33,320 bases of DNA. It comes from Paraspadella gotoi. Lineage: Eukaryota; Animalia; Chaetognatha. The notes under the pieces were generated by a model. That model did no database searches. It was not told the origin of the DNA and saw only the letters and a program-made list of their open reading frames with translations. Below are positions 13,361-22,856 of the stretch, in pieces. Made by a program: the position numbers and the translations under genes. Position 1 is the stretch's first letter. Each line of letters begins with the position of its first letter. The stretch spans positions 860,502-893,821 of the forward strand of contig CM119264.1 in assembly GCA_051294375.1 (NCBI GenBank). Reading direction: 5' to 3'.

Positions 13361-13819
13361 CCTGACTGTCAAAATTTCCATAGCTTTAAACTGAGTTTTA
13401 AAGTTTTAAAGAATTGAGGCGCAATTAGACTCAATGTCATGGACAGCGTCAAAGGATGATGAGGTCGGTTGAGGGATGAAGTGGGTGGAGTGGTGGCAGG
13501 CGAGGGCGAGTGAGAAGTTTGAAAATGTGGAGGAAAAGAAATAGAAAAGAAGAAAGAAAGGAAGAAAAAAAGGAAGAAGGAAACTATGAAAAGAAAAAAA
13601 ATGAAATAAGAAATAGATAGGCTGGATAAAAATATTAAACTGATTTAGACAATGTTTAAATTGGGACTTAATTTCTGAATTTTGATTTAATTAAGATTTA
13701 AATGTTTATTCTTTTTAGACACAACATTTAAGGTTTTTTTCACGTGTTTTCTACTTGTTTCCTTTCTGTTTTTTCTCTGTTTCCTCTCTCTTTTCCGCTG
13801 ACTTTCTCAATGTTCCGAT

Positions 13820-13907
<88 letters not shown>

Positions 13908-14012
13908 ACTTTCTTCTTCTAAATCCTGCATCAACACCTGTTACAACATTTTCTTCCCTATTGTTATTTTTCCCCTTTTTTTCATTCGTTTCATCTCTCT
14001 CTCTCCCTCTCT

Positions 14013-14066
<54 letters not shown>

Positions 14067-14094
14067 CTCTTTTCCCCCTTCTCCTTTTTCAATC

Positions 14095-14410
14095 TTGGCG
14101 CCTCACATCAACCTCCATCCAACCAACCGCGTCCAACGGGCGGTGACGGTGGGCGTGTCCGTCTCACGTGACTCCGTCAACGAAATTGCGCGCATCCTGC
14201 TGTCACGTGGGAAAGTTGACTGCGCCACCGGAGAGACACGCCCACCAGTCACCGCTCACGACCGCCCGTCACGGGGCCCGTCCTGCCCGTCGCCTGGATT
14301 TCATCCAGGACGTGAAGCTCTCACGAGATTCACAACGTCACCCTTCCCCCCCCATTTCACAACACTGCTCCAGCGCGAATGCCTTATTCGAGAAGCCGAA
14401 AATCCCGCAC
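14095..14410. promoter_or_regulatory. CpG-rich island with a mirror-symmetric motif cluster (candidate promoter/enhancer)
   Basis: GC/CpG-rich patch in an AT-rich background. 20-bp inverted repeat 14140-14159 / 14235-14255 containing GGTGGGCGTG; two CACGTG E-boxes (14165-14170, 14204-14209); CGTGGGAA at 14206-14213; palindrome TGCGCGCA at 14187-14194. Confidence 0.45.
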
Positions 14411-14624
14411 AGTGGTTATCGATAGGGTGCATCCTTTTTTACGAATCAAATCCACTGTGAAAGGCTTAACTTATATCCACTGTGAATTCGGTTCACACTT
14501 TTTTTTTTATTAAATCGCTTGAGACTTTCCCAATCACAGTGAAATTTCGATTAAGGTGCTTTTATTTGAAAACGAATTTTCTGTTCTACAAAATCTCAAG
14601 GCCGAACTGTGATCATGTTTGCTA

Positions 14625-14958
14625 CACTCTGTGCCACTCCCTGTAACTGCCAAACTATACCTGCCATTCTCTTGCAAACTCTACCACTCCCTGCGACTTC
14701 CTTCCCACTCCTTGCAACTATTTGCCCAATCTCTGCTACTTTCCTACAGTTGGACATTCTCTCTTCCACTGCTAATCCCTGCCACTCTATTCCTTCCTTT
14801 CCTTTCCATTCCCGGTCATATTTTGCCACTTACTGTCACTCCCGACATGCTACTCCCTGGCACTTCCTACACTTCCCACTCCCTACTACTCCTTACCAAT
14901 CCCTACCACTCCCTACCACTCCCAGTCATATTTTGCCACTTACTGTCACTCCCGACTC
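14625..14958. repeat. Degenerate C-rich (GCCACT/CTACTC-type) repeat region leading into the minisatellite
   Basis: Recurrent tgccact/ctaccactccct words; gtcatattttgccacttactgtcactcccgac occurs twice (~14815 and ~14924). Confidence 0.65.
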
Positions 14959-15914
14959 CACTTACCATCCCCTGACCATCCACCTTACCATCTCCCTACG
15001 CATCCACCTTACATCCACTCCCCTTACCATCCTAACCTTGACCTATCCCCCATAACCATCCACCTTACCATCCCCTGCCATCCAGCCTTACGCACCTTCA
15101 CCCATCTACCGATCGCTACCATGTCCACCTTACCATCCCTACCATCCACCTTACCTCCCCTAACCAACCACCTTAGCCATCCCACTGCTAATCTGCACCT
15201 TAACCATCCCCTGCCATCCACCTTCGGCATCCGCCTACCTCCACCTACTCATCCCTGACCATCCATCTTAGACCATCCCGGCGTGCCATCCACCTTACCG
15301 ATCCCCTAAACCATGCACACCTTACCATGCCCCTACCTATCATCCGATTACCATCGCCTGCAAGTCCACCTTACCATCCCCTAGCCATCGCACGCTTACC
15401 ATCCCCTAGCCATCCACCTTACGCGATCCCTGCGATCCTTACATCCCTACTCCACGCTTACGCATCCCCCTGCATCCCACCTTACCATCCCCTACCATCC
15501 ACCTTACAGCATGCCCCTACCATCCACCTTACATCCCCTAGTCGCCACTACCATCTCCCGCCACCTTCTACCATCCTCCTAAGCATCACTCCATCCTGCT
15601 CTGCACTAGTCCCCCTACCGTCATCCGCATCACTACTCATCGCGCTCCATCCACCTTAACGCTCATGCCATGCCTTACCATCCCCTACCATCCACCTTAC
15701 ATCGCCTGCCATCCTTCACCTGACTTCCCCTACCATCCACCTTACCATCGCCTCGTACCGCATCCACTTACTCTACCATCCCCACGTCTCCGCCATCCAC
15801 CTTACGCATCGCCCATACATCGCACGCTTAGACGCATCCGCCTACCATCCACCTTAGCATCCCATACCATCCACCTTACCATGGCCGCTGCCATTCCACC
15901 TTAGCCATCCCCTG
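14959..15914. repeat. 22-bp minisatellite CCATCCACCTTACCATCCCCT(A/G), error-rich copy
   Basis: Alternating 12-bp (ccatccacctta) and 10-bp (ccatcccct[a/g]) subunits; ends at the 25-N gap 15915-15939. Confidence 0.9.
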
Positions 15915-15988
15915 NNNNNNNNNNNNNNNNNNNNNNNNNCCCTGCCACTCTTGTCCATAACCCGATATTTTTTTTCTTCTTCGATCAG

Positions 15989-16142
15989 GAAGAAGAAGAA
16001 GACGACGACGACGACGACGACGACGACGAAAACAACGAAAACGTCAACGAAGACACGGACGACGACGACGACGACGACGGAAAAGGAAAGATACGTTTAT
16101 CTCGTGAAAAACTCAAGTCAAGATTTTGTGAAAAAAAAAGTT
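15989..16142 (+). other. Weak candidate exon encoding an acidic low-complexity stretch (EEEEDDDDDDDDDENNENVNEDTDDDDDDDGKGKIRLSREKLKSRFCEKKS)
   Basis: Pyrimidine tract tttttttcttcttcgatCAG before 15989, an open frame, and GTGAGT at 16143-16148. Largely microsatellite, no recognisable homology; the duplicate at ~17548-17702 is frameshifted. Confidence 0.18.
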
Positions 16143-16673
16143 GTGAGTTTGACGCGAAAGGAGTGAAGTTGGTGAAAGGAATATCGTGATTGCGGCGGCG
16201 TTTGTGAACTGACATGAAACAGGAGTGAATCGATCGCTGATGTGATTCGAAGGACGTCCATGATTTTTGTCAATATTATTTATTATTTATAATTTTATCA
16301 TTCTCAATACTATCACTTTATCATCATTCTATGTCATGTTATGTTAGCATTTGGCTTCATTATTTTTTTTTATATTTTGTCATCATTTTTCGTCGTCGTA
16401 TTTTAACATTTTGTCGTCATATTTGTCATCATATTTTTCATCGTTCGTCATCATCTGTTGTCGAAACGAAATTCGGTTCTTCGAAAATTGCGATGCGTCA
16501 CTGACGATGACGTTAATCACTGATAGAGAGAGAGAGAGAGAGAGAGAGGAGAGGAGAGAGAGAGAGATGGAAGGGTGGAGGGGAGGGGGGAAGGAGGAGG
16601 AGGAGATAGACCTTCATCCGCACCAGGAGAGAGAACACTCCGCTGGTANNNNNNNNNNNNNNNNNNNNNNNNN

Positions 16674-17503
16674 TCCACTTACCATCCCCTGCATCCACCT
16701 TACCATCCCTACCATCCACCTTACTCATCCCCTACCATCCACCTTGCATCCCATACCATCCACCTTACCATCCCCTGCCATACGCACCTTACCCATTCCC
16801 TACCATCCACCTTACCATCCCCTGCCATCCACTTACCATCCCCTACCACCACCTTAGCCATCCCCTGCCTATCTCACCTTACCATCCCCTGCCATCCACC
16901 TTACCATCCGCCTACCTCCACCTACCATCCCTAGTACCAATCCATCCTTAACCATCCCCTGCCATCCACCTTACCATCCCCTAAACCATCACAGCTTACC
17001 ATCCCCTACCATCACCTTACATCCCCTGCATCCACACTTACCATCCCCTACCATCCACCTTACCATCCCCTGCCATCCACTTACCATCCCTGCCTATCCA
17101 TCCACGCTTACCATCCCCTACAATCCCACCTTACCATCCCCTACCATCCACCTTACGCATCCCCTACCATCCACCTTACCATCCCCTACCATCCACCTTA
17201 CCATCCCCTGCCATCCACCTTCCAATCCCCCTACGCATCCACTTACCATCCCCTGCCATGCCACTTACCATCCCTAACCATCCACCTTACCATCGCCTGC
17301 CATCCCTTACCTGATCCGCCTTACCATCCACCTACCATCCCTGCCATCCACTTACCATCCCTACCATCCCCTTAACGCTCCTCCTGCCCATCCACCTTAC
17401 CATCGCCCTACCATCGCACGCTTACCATCCCGCCTACCATCCACCTTACGCATCCGCTACCATCCACACTTACCATCCCTGCCATCCACCTTACCATCCC
17501 CTG
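16674..17503. repeat. 22-bp minisatellite CCATCCACCTTACCATCCCCT(A/G), cleaner copy
   Basis: Same unit as 14959-15914 and followed by the same unique flank, so probably the same locus. Confidence 0.92.
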
Positions 17504-18263
17504 GCCACTCTTGTCCATAACCCGAATTTTTTTTCTTCTTCGATCAGGAAGAAGAAGAAGACGACGACGACAGACGACGAACGACGACGAGACACGAAAA
17601 CGTCAACTGAAGACACGGACGACGACTGACGACGACGACGGAAAAGGAAAGATACGTTTATCTCGTGAAAAACTCAAGCAAGATTTTGGTGAAAAAAAAG
17701 TTGTGAGTTTGACGCGAAAGGAGTGAAGTTCGGTGAAAGGAATATCGTTGATTGCGCGCGGCGTTGTGAACTGTGACATGAAACAGGAGTGAATCGATCG
17801 CTGATGTGGATTCGAAGGACGTCCATGATGTTTTGTCATAATTTATTTATTATTTATAATTTTATCATTCTCAATACTATCCACTTTATCATCATTCTAT
17901 GTCATGTTATGTTAGCATTTGGCTTCATTTTATTTTTTTTATAATTTTGTCATCATTTTTTCGTCGTCGTATTTTAACATTTTGTCGTCATAAATTTGTC
18001 ATCATTTTTCATCGTTCGTCATCAATTCTGTTGTCGAAACGAAATTCGGTTCTTCGAAAATTGCGATGCGTCACTGAGATGAGTTTAATCACTGATGAGA
18101 GAGAGAGAGAGAGAGAGAGAAGAGAGAGAGAAGAGAGAGAGAGAAGGAGAGAGAGAGAAGGAGAGACCTTCAATGACCCACAGGAAGAGAAGACAACCTG
18201 GTACATTTTTCTCTTCGCTGGCAAGTTTATCCCCCGAAGGGCCGATGGGAAAGTCACTCCTCT

Positions 18264-18298
<35 letters not shown>

Positions 18299-18640
18299 TC
18301 TCTTCTTCTTCTTCTCTCTCTCTCTCTGTCTCTCTCGTTCGACATGTAATGCGGTGATTATGCAGATTCCCGCCATTTGATGTTCGCGATTGAGCGGACG
18401 AAAATGGAAGGAATCTCGGCTGCTGATTGGCCGAAAGATTGACCAATGGCTAAAAACAAAAGACGTTTATTAGTTTGTTTAAAAGACGGTAATAATACTA
18501 ATATTTTGAGTTAATTCTATTTTTGAGCGAATTGGGATAAAAATGAATCTAAGGAGAGAGTCAGATTCAGAATTCAGATTCAGAATTCAGATTCAGAATT
18601 TAGATTCAGAATTTGGTTTACTTTACTGTTTAATATTCAT

Positions 18641-18856
18641 GTTAGGGATTAGGTTAGGGATTAGGTTAGCGATTAGGTTAGAGATTAGGTCAGGGATTAG
18701 ATTATGGAGTAGGTTAGGAATTAGGTTAGAGATTAGGTAAGGGATTAGGTTAGAGATTAAGTTAGAGATTAGTTTAGGGCTTAGGTTAGAGATTAGGTTA
18801 GGGATTAGGTTAGGTATTAGGTTAGAGATTAGGTTAGGGATTAGGTTAGGGATTAT
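18641..18856 (+). repeat. 12-bp telomere-like tandem repeat (GGTTAG[G/A]GATTA)n; preceded by (CAGATT/CAGAATT)n at 18561-18612
   Basis: About 18 units containing TTAGG/TTAGGG words, degenerating to ~18960. Confidence 0.85.
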
Positions 18857-19170
18857 TTATGGTATAAAGATTAGGGATAAAGTCAAGGATTTAGATTAGC
18901 TATTTGGTTAGCGATTAAGGTTAGGAAATAAGGTAATGGAATGGGATTAAATCTTAGAATTTGGTATTAAAGATTTAAGTTAAGCATTAGCTTAGGTATG
19001 TTAAAAAAATATTTCGGGTAAAATATATTATGTGTTTTTATTTTTTTTTTAAATAATAACAAGTGTCTTTAAACTAAACAATGGCTAGAAAAAACAACCA
19101 AGTGAAAGAAGTTAAAACTTCAAAAAAAATTTAAAAAATTATTCNNNNNNNNNNNNNNNNNNNNNNNNNT

Positions 19171-19213
<43 letters not shown>

Positions 19214-19377
19214 CGCCTCTCTCTCTCTTCTTTTCACCGCGTCAAAGTGGGCGTCTGAGGTTTTTCCGATTTGGCTTCTCTCCATTTTCCAGCGTGAGGG
19301 AGGAGCGATTGAATTTTAAATGACTAATAGGATGTTGGAAAAGACAATAAGATCACATGATGAATGAACAAAGATTC

Positions 19378-19453
<76 letters not shown>

Positions 19454-19557
19454 AAAGGAAAAAATTTTCTCATCAATCATGGCTTGAAAATTTGTAAAAA
19501 AAAAAAGGAAAAACTGCAAAAACCACGCCTCCAGCCATGGAGGAGAGAGGAAATGGG

Positions 19558-19615
<58 letters not shown>

Positions 19616-19914
19616 GGACACGCTGTCACGTTCAGAGGAAATGTCTTAAATTTCGTATCTTTGTCTGATTCTGCGACCACAAATCACGAATATTTTTTAA
19701 ATTTTTTTTGAAGGTTTTAACTTCTTTCACTCGGTTGTTTTTTCTAGCCATTGTTTAGTTTAAAGACACTTGTTATTATTTAAAAAAAAAATTAAAAACA
19801 CATAATATATTTACCCGAAATATTTTTTTAACATACTAAGCTAATGCTTACTTAAATCTTTAAGATCTAGAGAATTGACAAAGATTTGGTTTGCACGAAT
19901 TTTATTTATAGTTG

Positions 19915-19957
19915 AACAGACATGTTTCGACTTGTTTTACAAGTCTTCATCAGCGTT
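19915..19957 (-). ncRNA. Minimal type I hammerhead ribozyme, intact core
   Basis: Minus strand: aacg-CTGATGA-a-gacttg-taaaa-caagtc-GAAA-catGTC-tgtt. Stem I aacg/tgtt (one G-U), 6-bp stem II, vestigial stem III with the palindrome ACATGT, predicted cleavage after GUC. Confidence 0.88.
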
Positions 19958-20505
19958 TTGACAGAAAGGTTTAAAATTTGAGAGAGAGAGAGAGAGAACA
20001 GGATAAATAAATAAGAATGATACATTGTGCAATGTAAACAAGATAAATGCTTTGAAACTAAAATTAGTAAAATTTTTTAACAATTGTCTAGTGGATAAAT
20101 AGTTTAGGGGATAGAAGGTGAAAAAATGAAATGAAATTTTGTGAAAAAATGAAATATGAGAATTTTAAGTGTTAAGTAAATGATTAAAATGAATTTAAGG
20201 AGAAGAAAGAGCTCAAAATGAGCTGGCCCCCTTGGTTTATGCAAGTGAAGGACATGGACGATGGTGACGGGTATTGGCGCGTCAGTGGCTGAGAGGAGAG
20301 TGCGACTGAACGGTAAATTCTGCACCGGGGATTGTACCAGGCGGAAAAATTCCCAATGCCAACTCTTATGTCTCTCTGACCTGATACGCCTGCCGGCTGC
20401 CCTCTCTCGCCTGCTGGCGAGGCGGGCGATTGTCTTTTTTGCCGCTTTTGCGACAGGGATGATAGACTCTTCTCCTTCCTCCTGAAGCCGTCGTTTGGGC
20501 GGCGC

Positions 20506-20697
20506 TCAGTCCACAGAGAGAGGACTGAGTTGCTGCATTTGAAGGAGTGGCATCGTCTGCCATTGCCTGCGCAAGGTGTCTCCGCCTGTCTCGTTGAGTG
20601 GAGACGGGGGAATCATTGTGCGGGCGTGGTGCGGCGGGGCCTCCACCACGCTTTTGATAAGCGAATTCATAGCTTGGAGGAGGTCGAATCGTCCTCC
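20506..20697 (-). pseudogene. Possible C-terminal remnant of the Penelope-like ORF (GGRFDLLQAMNSLIKS...)
   Basis: 63-codon open frame beginning at the truncation junction. Its first residues loosely resemble, by eye, the segment following the terminal N-R-D-x-G motif of PLE GIY-YIG domains. No catalytic motif is present. Confidence 0.22.
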
Positions 20698-20714
20698 TCA
20701 AACCATTCTGTCAA

Positions 20715-20757
20715 AACGCTGATGAAAGACTTGTAAAACAAGTCGAACATGTCTGTT
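20715..20757 (+). ncRNA. Minimal type I hammerhead ribozyme, inverted second copy with two 1-nt A-run indels
   Basis: aacg-CTGATGA-aa-gacttg-taaaa-caagtc-GAA-catGTC-tgtt. One extra A after CTGATGA and one missing from GAAA, probably sequencing error; AATAAA follows at 20767-20772. Confidence 0.72.
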
Positions 20758-20962
20758 CATACTATAAATAAAATTCGTTGCAACAAAAACTTGTCAATCT
20801 CTAATTAATAGTAACAACGAAAAAGAAAGAATTACTTCAATATCTTTAATACCAAATTCTAAGATTTAATCCCATTCCATTACCTTATTTCTAACCTTAA
20901 TCGCTAAACCAAATAGCTAATCTAAATCCTTATTTATCCCTAATCTTTATTCCATAAATAAT

Positions 20963-21240
20963 CCCCCTAACCTAATCCCTAACCTAATCTCTAACCTAAT
21001 ACTAACCTAATCCCTAACCTAATCTCAACCTAAGCCCTAAACTAATCTCTAACTTAATCTCTAAAACCTATCCTCTACCCTAATCTCTAACCTAATCCTA
21101 ACCTATCTATAATCTAATCCCTAACCTAATTCTAACCTAATCGCTAACCTAATTCCCATAACCAATCCCTAACATGAATATTAAACAGTAAAGTAACCAA
21201 ATTCTGAAATCTGAATTCTGAATCTGAATTGTGAATCTGA
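20963..21240 (-). repeat. Reverse-complement copy of the 12-bp telomere-like repeat and of the (AATCTG)n tract
   Basis: (cctaatc[c/t]ctaa)n, part of the inverted duplication. Confidence 0.85.
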
Positions 21241-21463
21241 CTCTCTCTTAGATTCATTTTTATCCCAATTCGCTCAAAAAATAGAATTAACTCAAATATT
21301 ATTATACCGTCTTTTTAAAACAAACAATAATTTTGTTTTTAGCTATTGGTCAATCTTTCGCCAATCAGCAGGCCGAGATTTCTCCATTTTCGTCCGCTCA
21401 ATCGCGAACATCAAATGGCGGGAATCTGCATAATCACCGCATTACATGTCGAACGAGAGAGAG

Positions 21464-21540
<77 letters not shown>

Positions 21541-21695
21541 AGAGGAGTGACTTTCCCATCGCTCGGGGGATAAACGTTGCCAGCGAAGAGAAAATGAGAG
21601 AGAGATGATGAGGATAAAAAAAAACAGACTTAATAATTCGAAAGTGAAGGCAAAGTACAATTTCGGAAAGAAAAATTGTCAAAGAATTGAGACAT

Positions 21696-21906
21696 TGAAG
21701 TTGAAATGAGAAATTGAAATTGAAATGAGAAATTGAAATGAGAAATTGAAATTGAAATTGAAATTGAAATTGAAATAAGAAATAAGAAATAAGAAATAAG
21801 AAATAAGAACTAAGAAATAAAAAATTGAAATTGAAATAAAAAATTGAAATTGAATTTCATATGAGAAATTGAAATTGAAATTGAAATGAGAAATTGAAAT
21901 TGAAAC
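21696..21906. repeat. Compound (GAAATT)n / (GAAATGA) / (GAAATAA)n simple repeat
   Basis: Read directly. Confidence 0.9.
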
Positions 21907-22024
21907 TAACTACAAATTAACAAATTAACTACATTGTAACGTGAATAAATTTTACCTAAATTAAACAGCACTTATAGGTATAGTTGATAACATTAAACCA
22001 AAGAAAATATATTTTTTCTTCTTC

Positions 22025-22342
22025 TTTTTTAGTTGGGCCCCCGAGTATTCGCGGAGTAACTCTATAAGTCACTTTTCGGTCGATCTGTCGATCTGTCGGT
22101 CGGTCGGTCCTTCGGTCGGTATGTCTGTCCGTCGGTGTGTCCCATTTGTTAAGATAGAAAAAAACCTCAAAGCTAAGGGACTGCTAGCGCCGCCTTCAGA
22201 AAATCCTAAAACTAAAAGGAATTTTGATGCAGTACCTGTCATAAATACAAGGGCTAAGAAAGTTTTTTAGTCATGTCATGTCATATCATGTGTTCAAATA
22301 AAGTCAATGCGGCGCAACACCTTGGATGAACTAATAATGTTT
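22025..22342 (+). mobile_element. HINE/DINE-1-like element, independent diverged copy
   Basis: tttttt-agttgggcccccgagtattcgcggagtaactctataagtcac, (GTCG)n, a body homologous to 12805-12960, and 3' gcgcaacaccttggatgaac. Flanks differ from the 12672 copy. Confidence 0.7.
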
Positions 22343-22503
22343 ATTCTTTTTTCCTTTTCTTTCCTTCTTGTTTTTCTACTTTTATTTTGAGCCAAAAAAA
22401 ATTTTTTTTCCCCTTTTCTCATCCTTTTTAAAATCCAATGATAAAACTGGAAAATGATACCACATCCATTAGTCTTTAATTTTCTTTGTTCAGGATATAA
22501 AAA

Positions 22504-22537
<34 letters not shown>

Positions 22538-22821
22538 NNNNNNNNNNNNNNNNNNNNNNNNNNNNNNNNNNNNNNNNNNNNNNNNNNNNNNNNNNNNNNN
22601 NNNNNNNNNNNNNNNNNNNNNNNNNNNNNNNNNNNNNNNNNNNNNNNNNNNNNNNNNNNNNNNNNNNNNNNNNNNNNNNNNNNNNNNNNNNNNNNNNNNN
22701 NNNNNNNNNNNNNNNNNNNNNNNNNNNNNNNNNNNNNNNNNNNNNNNNNNNNNNNNNNNNNNNNNNNNNNNNNNNNNNNNNNNNNNNNNNNNNNNNNNNN
22801 NNNNNNNNNNNNNNNNNNNNN

Positions 22822-22856
<35 letters not shown>

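Larger units (their letters stand above)
7820..13540. repeat. Redundant copies: 7820-10540 is repeated as 10554-11672 (first part) and 11698-13540 (second part)
   Basis: ttaacagcgtttctcccatgaaaccg occurs at 7820 and 10554; aaaaaagcgagacggcggttgca at ~8410 and ~11704. The 9400-10540 copy is increasingly insertion-rich. Gap 11673-11697 is exactly 25 N. Confidence 0.9.
15940..18203. repeat. Redundant copy: 15940-16648 matches 17500-18203
   Basis: Collinear near-identity starting at gccactcttgtccataacccga. Gap 16649-16673 is exactly 25 N. Confidence 0.9.
19864..20841 (-). mobile_element. 5'-truncated Penelope-like retroelement with inverted pseudo-LTR arms
   Basis: Absent from the duplicate locus (empty site ~18968-18975); flanked by ATCTTTAA at 19856-19863 and 20842-20849; inverted arms ~19866-19972 and ~20700-20803, each with a minimal hammerhead followed by AATAAA; the right arm has an extra ~38-bp tail. 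Confidence 0.8.
18204..21596. repeat. Inverted duplication: 18204-19144 is the reverse complement of 19687-19863 plus 20842-21596
   Basis: For example gttcgacatgtaatgcggtgattatgcagattcccgcc (~18337) versus ggcgggaatctgcataatcaccgcattacatgtcgaac (~21417). The second copy carries an extra ~980-bp insertion. Gap 19145-19169 is exactly 25 N. Confidence 0.92.

Noticed and set aside
14408-14541. CACAGTG/CACTGTG words (RSS heptamer / Transib-like termini), including inverted CACAGTGG...CCACTGTG at 14408-14459
   Set aside because: Only 8 bp of inverted match, no 5-bp TSD, no nonamer and no transposase.
14959-17503. CRISPR-like array
   Set aside because: Head-to-tail repeats with no unique spacers, no cas genes, and a eukaryotic context.
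18092-18100. Additional CTGATGA word as a hammerhead core
   Set aside because: Followed by (GA)n with no stem II or GAAA-stem III.
19864-20841. Interpretation as a TIR DNA transposon / MITE
   Set aside because: The inverted arms are asymmetric (extra ~38 bp on the right) and carry hammerhead and poly(A) motifs, which fits a Penelope-like element better.
20842-21175. Telomere-targeting (Athena-type) behaviour of the Penelope-like element
   Set aside because: The insertion lies ~110 bp from the regular TTAGG-like array, is not joined to telomeric repeats, and has a target duplication, pointing to ordinary endonuclease-mediated insertion in AT-rich DNA.
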